Shown here: positions 39,701 through 51,395 of the stretch, in pieces
Layout of the letters: every line of letters begins with the position of its first letter
Numbering within the stretch: position 1 is the stretch's first letter
Source of the DNA: Geosiphon pyriformis uo1
Taxonomy: Eukaryota > Fungi > Glomeromycota
Assembly (NCBI GenBank): GCA_016748015.1
Contig: JAAOMT010000436.1
Location: forward strand, 687,940 to 751,939
Reading direction: 5' to 3'
DNA: 64,000 nt
The notes under the pieces: generated by a model
Databases searched by the model: none
What the model was told of the DNA's origin: nothing
The model's input: only the letters and a program-made list of their open reading frames with translations
Made by a program: the position numbers and the translations under genes

Positions 39701-42560
39701 TAAAATCCTGCCAGATAAAGAACTCTAGAATGATGTGCCTGGCAGAGGAGGAACATGTGACAAGGCTTGTCAATACACCATATTAATCAATGATTGGATA
39801 TGAAAGGGAACCCTTATCGAAAACACTTGGAAATGAACACTCAACAGGCTAGACAGTTATCTACATGATGACCACAAAATCTGGAGAATGGCAAGCGCCA
39901 AGGCCGAAAGCACCACACCCAAAGAAATATGAGAAATTAAGGACAACCCTTGGATGCCCGAATATACTGGACCTGACTACCCTAAGGATGATTTCTTTAC
40001 AAATGACCCAGATGCATTTTAGAACCGATATCAGGAATTGGCCCCAACTCGCGAGGAACAGGAGCAAAGGTTGGCTGATTTGAATACCAAACTATGGAAT
40101 CACTGTTTGATCCCCTGTCACTTCCAGTACTGCGATGAATGTGATCTTATGTTCAATCTGCCTCCAAGAATACTGTTTCCAATCACCAAACTACCTGAAC
40201 CCAAAGAAGAGGTATTGATCACCGAGGACATGTTGTTTCAAGATCCAACTGAGGATACCGAAACAGAACAGTATCTCATGTATCTTGACCTCTCCAAAGA
40301 ACTAGAGCTAAAATGGTACAGTGACAATGAGGAAGGAATCTGCCCTGAAAGAGCGCATAACACCAATGCCGGTTTCGACCTACAATACCCTGGACAATCA
40401 CCCATCATTATAGCCTCACATTCCCTCGTAAAAATAGATCTTAAGATAGCATTAGAAATTCCTGTTAGTACAATGATACAAGTTGCCTTTCGATCTAGTC
40501 TAGCCAAGAAAAGAATCAACATAAAAAAAGGAATCATCGATGCCGGTTACATGGGAAACATCATCGTGATGCTACAGAACAATTCGAACAGACCCTACAA
40601 AATAGAATCACAAGAAAAGATTGCTCAAGCTATCTTCCTACCCCTAGTCAAAATACCCCAATTAACCCCAGTAACAACCTGAAAAGAGTTAGGTCTCACT
40701 GCCTGAAGAATCAACAGGTTTGAATCAAGTGGAAAAGGAAACGTACCAGTTAATTTCATGGAGGAAGACAGTGACCAGGTAGAATTTATTTACACCAACA
40801 CCATCATCTCCATTCCCCCATACCAACAATACATCCTCAAGGTGAATCGAAAGATCTAAGATCAAGCCTTATTATTCGAAGCCAGTCCCGAAATCTGTTC
40901 CCTAGCCGATGTTGCTAATCTATACCTATTGAACAAAGCCCATAAACACTTCAAAATCTCCATCCACAACTCGACAGAAGATGTCATTGAAATCCCCGAA
41001 AGGACTCTCATCAGTTCCATATTCGCAGATAGTCAGAATCCTAAAAAACTCCAGTCCATTCCAGATTTCGCACAATTATTTTTATTCTGTGACATTACCT
41101 CACAAGTATGGAATTTGCCAAAAGAAAGTTACTTGTTTACACCAGAAGAGATCAATAAATTGAATTTAGGAAATTTAAGTACCATGCAACAAATGCAACT
41201 CAAAGTTCTTCTGAATCAGTATGCCAATGTTTTTGCCAGCAAAAATGAGTTTGGATGCACTGACATCGTGAAGCATCAGATTGATACAGGAGACACTCAA
41301 CCAATTAAGCAACGAGCTTACCACGTACTCCCATCTGGTGATAACCTAATTAAGCAAGAAGTGCAACAGATGCTTGATAATGGCCTAATCAAAGAATTGT
41401 TAAGCCCTTGGTTTTTGCCAGTAGTCTTAGTTACCAAAAAAAATAGAAAAGTACGATTCTGCGTAGATTATTGAAAACTAAATAGTGTCACGTGAAGAGA
41501 TAGTTATCCCACTCCCCTCATCCAGGAAATTCTGGACAATCTAGGGAAAAAGAAATGGTTCTCGTCATTAGATTTAGCAAGTGGTTACTGGCAAGTTGAA
41601 ATGAACCCCAAAGACAAAGGAAAAACAGTGTTTACTACTCAAGACAGAAACTTCGAGTTTAATGTAATGTCTTTTGGACTTTGTAATGCTCCTGCCATAT
41701 TTCAACACTTGATGGATGTAGTATACAAAGGAATCCTTTGGAAATCAGTAGTAGTCTACCTAGACAACACAAACATGTTCTCCGAAACATTCGAAGACCA
41801 TCTGCTCTATCTGCAACAAGTTTTCGAACACCTTCGTAGTGCTAGATTGAAACTCAATTCCGAGAAGTGCTTCTTTGGAAAAACCAAGTTAAAATTCCTA
41901 GGACATGTAATCGGCAAGGACGGAGTTAAACCCAATCCAGATAAAGTACAAAAAGTCAAGGATTTTTCAGCCCCAATCAACCTCAGAGAATTATGAGAAT
42001 TTCTAGGATTAGCAGGATATTATCGTCAATTTGTCAAAGATTTCTCGAACATCGCAAAACCACTCTATCAATTGTTGTCTAAATACGTATCATACTTGTA
42101 AAAGGAAGATCAACAGAAAGCATTCAATTATCTCAAGCAGCGATTGATCACATCCCCAATTCTGATTTACCCAGATTTTACTAAACAGTTCATTATCGCT
42201 ATGGATGCCTCAAAAAATGCTCTAGGAGCAGTCTTATCACAGATAAGACCGGACAATAGAGAACACCCAGTTGCCTATGCTAGTCACAGCACTAGCCCAG
42301 CAGAAAAGAATTACAGCACAACAGATCTGGAATGTCTTGCCATTTATTGAGCCATACAAACTTGGAAACATTACCTCAGTCAACCATTTGACCTATATAC
42401 CGACCACAAAGGACTTATTTGGTTACTCAACAATCCACAACTAGAAAGAAAATATGTGAAATAGAGTACTTATCTGCAACAATTCTCACTCAAAGTTCAT
42501 TACAAAGAAGGATCCAAGAACACCAATGTCAACAGTTTGTCGAAGATGCCACAAACCTAA
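36771..42560 (+). pseudogene. Gypsy-C single-frame gag-pol: Gag, PR, Cys-rich module, dUTPase, dUTPase-like domain, RT, RNase H
   Basis: ORF-track fragments at 36918, 37980, 38514, 39354, 40038, 40929, 41601 and 42144 all share one frame and are broken only by stops of the CGA/CAA/TGG>stop type. Motifs LILNSGSAGSII, YLDNT and MDASKNALGAVL. Confidence 0.9.
40344..40732 (+). pseudogene. dUTPase domain within Gypsy-C pol (also B ~30495-30885, A ~50220-50610, E ~60367-60756)
   Basis: Five trimeric dUTPase motifs: AGFDL, RSS, GIIDAGYMG, EKIAQ, and a decayed RG..GFGS (RGTQDFGST in E). Confidence 0.88.
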
Positions 42561-42570
42561 TCCCAGACCC

Positions 42571-43938
42571 ATGGACACACTCACTTATCAATGACTACAT
42601 CAGTATCTATTGACACTACATTTCAAGGAGATATTATCTCAACAGGAACAGAATACCATATGAAAACAAGCCTGAAATTATTTTATTCAAGACAACCAAC
42701 TATATCGACGAGAATGCCGAAACCACCCCAACTCACAACAACTAATCACAGACAGTGAAAAAAAAACTATACTATATAGTGTGCACTCAGATCTGACTGC
42801 AGGACACTTTAACAAAGACACTACCCTCAAAAAAACACTAAACTTATACTATTGGCCAATAATGCATAAAGACATTTTCGAATATGTGCTCAATTGTGAT
42901 GCATGTCAGCGAAGAGGAAGAGCAAGATCAACAGAACCACTTCGACCCATTCCAGTTGGAAATCTATTTGATAGAATCGGGATCGATTTGGTTGGACCTT
43001 TTTCAATTACATCCTAAGGAAATTGCTATATCGCTGTAGCCATAGACTATCTTACAAAATGGCCAGAAGCCAGAGCAATCCAAGTGGCCAATGCCAAAAC
43101 AGTCACTGAATTTGTGCATCAAAACCTAATTTGCCGACATGAATGTCCAAAAGAATTATTATCTGATCAAGAAACACACTTTGTTAATAATATGCTGACT
43201 GAACTAAGCCAATGATTTGGAATAAAGAGACTCTTATCGTCACCATACCACCCACAAACAAACGGACTGGTAGAACAGTTTAACAGAACACTGTGCAAAG
43301 CACTAGCAAAAATAAGTCATGAAAACAGACAAAAATGGGACTTATTCATACTTTCTGTACTCTTTGCATACCAAACATTGAAACAAAATACGACTCAGTT
43401 CACACTGTTCGAACTAATCTATGGAAGAAAAGCTACGTTACCAATTGAACAAGTAATACCATTATACCCAACAGAAACAATCAATGAAGAGAATTTTGAG
43501 GCTACCTTACACCAAAGAATGTACTAGCTAATGAAAACATTGGAAAACAATCGAAGAACAGCAGCTGACAATATTAGTCATGCTCAAGAACGACAAAAAA
43601 AAAGACATGATAAACACCTGCCAGAACAACCAATGGAATTCAAGATTGGAGACCAAGTACTATTACATTGTACAAAAGCTAAGAAACAGTGAAGTGGAAA
43701 GTTCGACCCAAAGTGGGACAGTTCATTCCACATACACGAAGTGTTAAGAAATAGAGCTTACAAACTACGATTGGAAGACAGGATTTTAAAGAAAGTAGCG
43801 CATGTAAATTGGTTAAAAATTTATCATGTAAAACAGGAATCATCATCATCAGTACCTTAACTAGAAACACAAATTTCATTAATCAGACCAGAAGATATAC
43901 CATGAGATCTGAAACCAATTATTGTCATCGAAATGTAG
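42571..43938 (+). pseudogene. Gypsy-C integrase (separate +1-frame ORF)
   Basis: MDTLTYQ...HSDLTAGHF...CDACQR...GIDLVGP...SDQ...NGLVEQFN; ends PIIVIEM*. Confidence 0.88.
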
Positions 43939-44018
43939 ACAATGAGCAGCAAATTAAATTGGGGAATTCAAATATATATAGCATCTGAAAAGCAGCAAAA
44001 AGTGATAGAAATTTCAAC

Positions 44019-44753
44019 ATGGACTTTCCAGATCAAATTTTAAAATTATCTAAACAATTATTTGAAACAATTCAAAAATCGACATCTCAAATAAAAATAA
44101 CAATTGATAAAAAAGAGATACGGTACAAAGATAAAAGCAGGAGAGGGGAGAACGAGAGATCAATTAGAACTAAACGTTCTCTTCCCTACCTACCACCTGA
44201 AAGGCAATATGGGAGAAAAAATTGCCTTCGGGCGAAGGGTGGAAAAGAAGGAAGCAAAGAATGAGAAAAAAGTTACAAAAGAAGATACTTGGTCTCCGAG
44301 CTCGAAGAAATAAAACAAGCTTTAGCTCGAGGGACCGAACTCCCTGAAACAGGGGAGTGGACACTTAACAACGCCCAGGAATGGAAAGAAAAACTTCCTC
44401 CAGCTTATTGGTTCTACAAAATTGAAGAACAGCTTGACTTGAAAACATCATACGAAGACCTCAGCCAGAAAACATTCAACAAAGAAGCAATACAACAAGT
44501 AGAAAAACTCATAAGGAAAAACAACCTGACCCTACATTACAAAGCAGCATACTGACTATACACTATCTTCTAACATTGCCCAAACGTACTACTAAACGGA
44601 TCTATGAAAACCATAATGGTTAACAGCATAGGACAAATAACCAATTAACAGTTCGAAGACCTATAAAAGACAATACTCGAAGCAACAATCAAACATTACA
44701 CGAACAAAGCCATGATAACAAATACATATGGTTTCACAGGAGCTCAATTTTAA
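44019..44753 (+). pseudogene. Gypsy-C accessory ORF3 (~244 codons), unknown function
   Basis: ORFs 44019-44264 and 44289-44555 share one frame, which ends FTGAQF* at the PPT. TATATATA at 43973-43980. Confidence 0.75.
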
Positions 44754-46210
44754 AAAGAGAGAGATAATGTGTTATAATGCAGGATAACACAGAATAGCAT
44801 GCAATAATATAGAATAACATGTTATAACGCAGGATAACACAGAATAACATGTAATAACATCAGATAACGTGTTATAACATAGGATAACTAGCAATAATGT
44901 AGAAAAATGAAGCAATAACAGAAACAACAAAGCAATAGCTAGTGATAGCAAGACAATTGAAAGCAATCCTGTAAAACCAAAAGAATGTATAAAAGCAAGT
45001 AGTTGTAAAAGTGAGAAAAGACAGAAAAGAAAAAAATAGATATGAACCTTTAGACCAAAAATTAAAATATTCATACTTCTTCATTCTTTATTATCTTCTC
45101 TATTTCATCTCCTGAAATAAACCAATTATTAAAAGAAATCAGAATTGCAAATTCATGTTCTTAAATTTCGTGAAATTTACATGAATTAACCCTTGTCTTA
45201 TACCTCCATTCTAGAACAAATGCTCTTAGCATAACCATCTCAAACCTATTAACAATTTGGATCAATCACTCTTGATCATGGCAATTGACGATACTAATTT
45301 ATCTTTTCTCTCTTTTCTTTTCTTTTCTTTTTCTTTTTCTTTCTTAATTTTTTGTGAAATGGCAACATAATAAAATTGACTGTCTGGGAATAGACTTCAT
45401 GATAGCCTGGTAAAAGAGGGAAGCTCTCCCTAAGTTTTAGATATTAACATTATCTTGTTAGCTTACCAGAAGGGCAAAAAGACAATGCCAGACTCTAACG
45501 ACTGTGCTTGTTAGCTCAGAGAAGAAAGCTCACATTTACGAAAAACGTTGTAATCAACAAAAGACAAACTCTGTGCCTTATAACCCAGGTAAAATTCACA
45601 TCCAGGAATAGACCTTCAGAGACTGACAATCAAGACTAAGCCAACAAAATTATGCGAAAGATGCATCATCAATAATTGAGAGCACCAAACGTTACCATTT
45701 CCCATACCCACCAAGTTTATCCATAACAGTGAAAAGACAATGCTAGACCCTAATGACTGCACTTATTAGTGCAGAGAAGAAAGTTCACATTTATAGAAAA
45801 CATTACAATTGATGAAAAACAAACTCTGTGCCTTATAACCAAAGAACTCAATGGGTAAATTCACAGCCAGAAATAGATTTTCAAAAACTGATAACACTGA
45901 CATGACAGAAAAAGCAGACAACTTTGAAAGATAACCCAAAACTAAAGCACTAAATGTTATCACCATACCCTACCCAGTTTACCTGTAATATCAGAAAACT
46001 ATAGATAAAAACAACCAATTACATCTCTGTCCATTATACAAAGAACTCTATAACAAAATTTTCAGATATCAACATACCAGAATACTATGCAAGCACCAAG
46101 TTACAAATTTGTTATTTGATTTAAAACCTCAAATAATTATTTATAACAATTGGTGCTTTCTGTGAGATATAATTCTATAGAAAACTGGCACCAACAACAA
46201 TCATCTAAAA

Positions 46211-49200
46211 ATGGCAGAATCAGAAATCATAGGAGCAAACCATTTAGAATTCACCAAATCTTTGTTTCAACAGTACAGTCAACAATTAGGATTAAACAAT
46301 AACTATTTTCCAGCAAAATCAGTCTTTAACTTCTACATTAATGATAAAATCACAGACTGCATAGGAAAAACAGTTAACATTGAATCTACAAAAGAAAATT
46401 TTTATATGGAATTGTTTCAACATACCAACTTACCAAGAAATTACAGTTTTGTACCAATCATTAGAGAAATCAATCAAACTATTAAAAGATACACTCAACA
46501 ACAATTCCCTATCACCTATGCAAACAAAGGCAAAGGAAGACTACAAATACCAACAGTAACACCAAAAGGAATCCAACCATCCACATGAAAAAAAACCAGA
46601 ATTGAATCACCAACAAACCCATTATACTACTATATACTTGGAAGTACCATCAACATCTCATCAACAGACATGTCCACATCAAATGTAACATCAACATTTC
46701 AATGACTTCTATTTCAAAGTAAACAAAAAAAAACAGAGTTATTAGGAACCTATGGTGATTATTTTGAAAGATTTAAATCGCAAACAACCATCCCATCAGA
46801 ATATTGATCACCACTACCTCTATCAGATTTTGGAACAGCTGACCTGTAGAAGGTAATAGAATCAAAAGAGGAGAAAAAAAAAAAAGCTGAAGATCAGGAA
46901 TTTACTTACCAGAACTCGATTCCAGAAAACCCAGACATTGAAACCCCAAACTTTTAAACTCAGCAAAATCCAAATTTAGAAAATCTAGAAGTCAAAATTC
47001 TGAATATTCAACCACCAAAAAATCAGAATAATCTAAACTCCGAATTAATTAATCAACCAAATATACCTCCAATAATCATCATTGATCAACCACTGATTAA
47101 TCTAATAACTAAATCTCTACAACTAAATCAACAAATTTAACAATTCCTTTAACAATCACAACTGCTACAACAACCATCTTAACAACAAAACGTGAATCTA
47201 ATGACCTACACTCCAATTGCCAAACTCAAGAAATTCACCAGCAAAGAAAATGATGCCCAAGCATAGATCAATGATGTTGCCAAAGTTATCACCGCCAATA
47301 ACTGGAATGACAACAAAGCCCTTCAAGTGATTTCTTACTTTCTCCAAGATACTGCTGATTCATAATATCAGAGTCTAGCAGCCAGACTACAAACCTTCCA
47401 GGAATTCAAATCTGAATTCTTGAGATATTTTAGTAATAATAATAGCATTAATCACTTGGTCAATATCTTCACCACCATCAAACAGAGAGATACTGAAGCA
47501 GTTACCAATTACTTGGGACACTTTTAGCAAAATCTGTGTCAAATTTAAGCAATTAATGCTAACTACTTCACAGAACCACAAATCTTGAATCAGTTCATCC
47601 ATGGTCTGTACAGTAGCATCTTATAACATGTACATCTGTTACATGCAGCCACTTTTCAAGATGCAGTCACACATGTCAGGGACTTTGAATCAGCTGAATT
47701 AGAAGCCAATTACACCCAAGCTGTAAATCTAGTAATGAATGAATCATCTGAATTAGATTCCAAATTGAAACAATTCAGTAATTCAATTAATCAGAAACTA
47801 GAGAGATACTTAGCTAGCAATAATCAGGCAATTTATCAACTCTCACAATAATGCAGTAATCAAGGAAACACAAATCATTTCCAACATCAGTCACGACTAT
47901 CATCATTCAATCAGTCATGGCAGTTAGAGATATGTGTTTGCCACAACTGTAAAAGACAAGACCATCTAAGAATTGACTGCTGATCTAATAATAATAACCA
48001 ACAATTAGAAAATCAATACAAAAACCCCAATTGCCAGTTTCAAATCTGAATCCTTATTCAAACCAAAATCAATATTAACCTATATATCTGCCAATAATGC
48101 AGTAGCCAATCTATTAACCACCAGTATATTAAACTCCAATTTATTAGCTGTAGCCACAAGTAATATATTAACCACAGCCACCAATAATCTATTAACCCCA
48201 ACAAATTCAAACACTGTCACAAAACTTACCTTAAAACAGAACACATAGGCTGAGAATGACACAACAAAACTGGAGATTGGCAATGATAGTTTACCAACCA
48301 ATCCCCAGTTCATCAGCCCAACAATCAGGATTTTGTCAGCAGAATTCAGGCACCAGTCATGTTTAAAACCTGAATTCCCAGAACTATTTAAGTTTTCTGG
48401 TTACTTCAAAAGGCATCTCATCCAACAATCCAGAACTCAACCAGAATCAGCCACTTACTAATAATATCCCACCAGCAACTATTTCTAATGACAAATCTTT
48501 AGCAGCTATTTTTTTTTTCAAACTAGAGGAAACCACACCAGTCCTATTATTTAGTGGAGCCATTTTTGACACCAAACTGATTGTTACCATGTATACTAAC
48601 ACAAAAGTTGATGGTTATCCCATCAAACTGATTCTAAATAGTGGATCAGCTGGCAGCATCATTACATGACATCTCATGGACCTATTAGGTTGCCAAGTTG
48701 ATTATGCTGTTAGCGTATGCATAATTACTACTGATGGAGCGACCGATCAGCAAAATTGATAACCTCCCTATAGAGGTCAATAGCATCATTATGCCAATCA
48801 AAGTATTAGTTATGGAAGCCACCCAATATCAAGCTCTAGTTGGGAATGATTGGCTGTTCAAAACCAATATGATGCTTGACTGGACCACCCAAGAATTACA
48901 AATCAGCCAAAACAGCCAACACATGCAAGCACCAGCAATGTGCAGTTATTTCAAGACCACTAATGTGCCAGCACTGTTAATAGAACTTGAGAAAAAAGTA
49001 AGCAAACCTCTTTGGAAAGCCTATTAAGTCTTGTGGGCCAATAAAAACCACAATGAGCTATCACTGATACTCTTATGAGACAAACAAAAAAAAAAGTGCA
49101 CAGAAGAACTTACCTGAAGAACTAACCAAAACACGTGGAATAACAATAATTAAAATAAAATGTCACCAATTCTAGACTGAGAAGAAAAGAACAAAAGAAA

Positions 49201-51395
49201 AGAGAAAAAAAAGGAAAAAGACATATCTAAAGAAACTAATAACACCACCATAATAAGCGGTTGGAGAAATACATACTCAATAGATACCAGGCCAGAACCA
49301 CCTTATATTTCCCTTAAGTGCAAAGACTGCAAAAAAAAACTGTCTTCTATGGGAGCTTGGGTTGCACCAAACAAAGATTACTAGATGTGAACTTATTACT
49401 ATTGCAAGCCTTGCCACTGCAAATGCTATGGCTACCCAAAAAGACAAGACAAGTGGGACAATAAACCATGTCTCACTTGTGGCAAACAACTGTTCAATGA
49501 AGGAATATGAAATGATATTTCTGGTTGAGAAGGAACGTGTGACACTTTGTGCCAGTATACAATCCTCATTAACAATTGGGTGAGTCATGGTATGCCAATA
49601 ACTGCTGCCTGGCATTGTGTGATCTCTCATTTGAATGGTTACTCATATGATAAGGACAAGATCTGGTGGATAATAAATGCCAAAGTAGAAGATACTATGC
49701 CCAGCAAAATATTGGAAATCAAGAACAATCCTCCAGAACCAGTCAGCATTGTTCTGATTTCCAACTCAGACACTTTCTTAGACCTGAAAGCAGGCCCAGA
49801 AGAATTCTATGAACACTACCAAAATTTAGCACCAACAAGAAAGAAACAAGAGCAGTGTTTAGTCCAAATAAACATCTAATTATGTGACTACTGTTTGATC
49901 TCATGTGACTTTCAATATTGTAATAAGTGTGATCTTATTTACAATTCACCACCATGGATAATCTACATGATCCCAGAAGAGGAAGAACCAATCAGCAGCT
50001 GCACATTAGAATCAGAATCAAAGTTCAATCCCAATTCAAACTCTGACAATGATGACAACAAAAACAACAGTTCCAGCTCTGCTCAATATGGCCATAATAA
50101 CAACAACAATTTAAACTCAGATTCAAACTCCAATCTAAACTACAAACAATATATCGTGTTCCTGGACCTTACCAAGAAGCAGGAACTGAAATAGTTCAGC
50201 AATAACAATGAGAGTATCATGTCAGAATATGCACATGATACTGATGCAGAATTTGATCTAAGGTATCCAGAAAAAGATGCCATTAAATTGGAACCACATT
50301 TACATATCTGCATCAATCTCAAAATAGCACTGGAAATTCCAGCAACAACCATGATTCAACTAGCATTCAAGAGTAGTTTAGCGAAAAAGGGAATCAACAT
50401 CAGAGGAGAGATAATTGACACAGGATATGTAAGAAATATCATTGCTATGCTATAAAATGATTCAGAAAAGGCCTATATTATAGAGCCAAATGAAAAGATA
50501 GCATAGGCAATATTCCTGTCTTTGGTGAAAATAGCTCAACTAATATCAATAGGAAACAGGAAAAAATTAGAGATTACAGCTAGAGAGATATAGGGATTTG
50601 AATCCACAGATAGAATAGAAGTACCAGTCAATATGGCAGAAGAAAAAATTGTTAACAAGGGAGAAATTATTTTTACCCATTAACCAATTTCCATTCTGTC
50701 ATATAACCAGTATATGGTAACTATAAAGAAAAAAGTAAAGAATCAGGTTCAAATTTTTGAAACAGAAGCAACTCTTTGTGAATCAGAAAAAATTGGATTA
50801 GTTAATCTATACATACCAGCCAAAAACCACAACCACATCAAAATTTCTATTTACAACTACACAGAAAATATCATTGAGATACCAGAAGAAACCATCATTG
50901 GATATTTAACCACCAAAATTGAAGAACAATCATCAAACACCATTCCAGACTTTTCACAACTATGCAGATATGTGAATATTACATTTTAGACAATATACAG
51001 ATGAGAAGAATGTTATCTGCTCCAACCAGAACAATTAGAACAAATGAACTTGGGAAATTTAGACTCACTACAATATATGCAACTCAAGATGTTACTCAAT
51101 AACTTCAATGACATCTTTGCCAGTGAAAATGAATTTGGCAAAACTAATATAATCTAACATCAAATTAAAACTGGAGATGCAATGTTAATTAAACAAAGAA
51201 CATACAGGGTACCACCAGCCAGCCATGAGATCATTCATCAAGAAATCAATTGGATGCTTGACAACAAGTTAATTCAACCATCAATGAGTCCATAGTCATT
51301 ACCAGTGGTACTAGTCCATAAGAAAAATGGAAAAATCCACTTTTGTGTAAATTACAGAAAACTGAATGAAGTGACCAAAGGAGATAGCTATCTGA
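46211..51395 (+). pseudogene. Gypsy-A gag-pol to the start of RT
   Basis: MAESEIIGANHL..., capsid IAKLKKFT, CHNC knuckle, LILNSGSAG, Cys-rich module (~49318-49930), dUTPase, FCVNYRKLN...DSY cut by the LTR of D. Confidence 0.82.

Larger units (their letters stand above)
35540..45728 (+). mobile_element. Gypsy-C, full length, same family as B and less decayed than B
   Basis: 5' LTR 35540-36708, PBS 36711-36726, PPT ~44752-44767, 3' LTR 44768-45728 (5'-deleted). TSD ACGA/GTGA, ancestrally GCGA. Confidence 0.92.
26009..45990 (+). mobile_element. Gypsy-B, full length; 3' LTR split by C
   Basis: 5' LTR 26009-26874, PBS 26877-26892, PPT 34895-34910, 3' LTR 34911-35539 + 45729-45990. TSD TTAG/TCAG. 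Confidence 0.9.
25429..51395 (+). mobile_element. Gypsy-A (dUTPase family): 5' LTR split by B (25429-26008 + 45991-46148), internal region 46149-51395 cut in RT by D
   Basis: The two LTR halves rejoin to match the intact LTR of D (…GACAAAACTG.GGTTTC|GGAAAGCTACAGATAAAA…). PBS TGGTGCTTTCTGTGAG at 46151. Left LTR edge uncertain; 3' part lies outside the window. Confidence 0.82.

Noticed and set aside
44019-44753. env gene in the third-ORF position
   Set aside because: Short and hydrophilic, with no signal peptide or transmembrane helix.
48060-48400. Overlapping Ser/Thr/Asn-rich alternative-frame ORF in gag of A and D
   Set aside because: Explained as the shifted reading of the CAA/CCA-rich Gln/Pro Gag tail; no independent start or motif.
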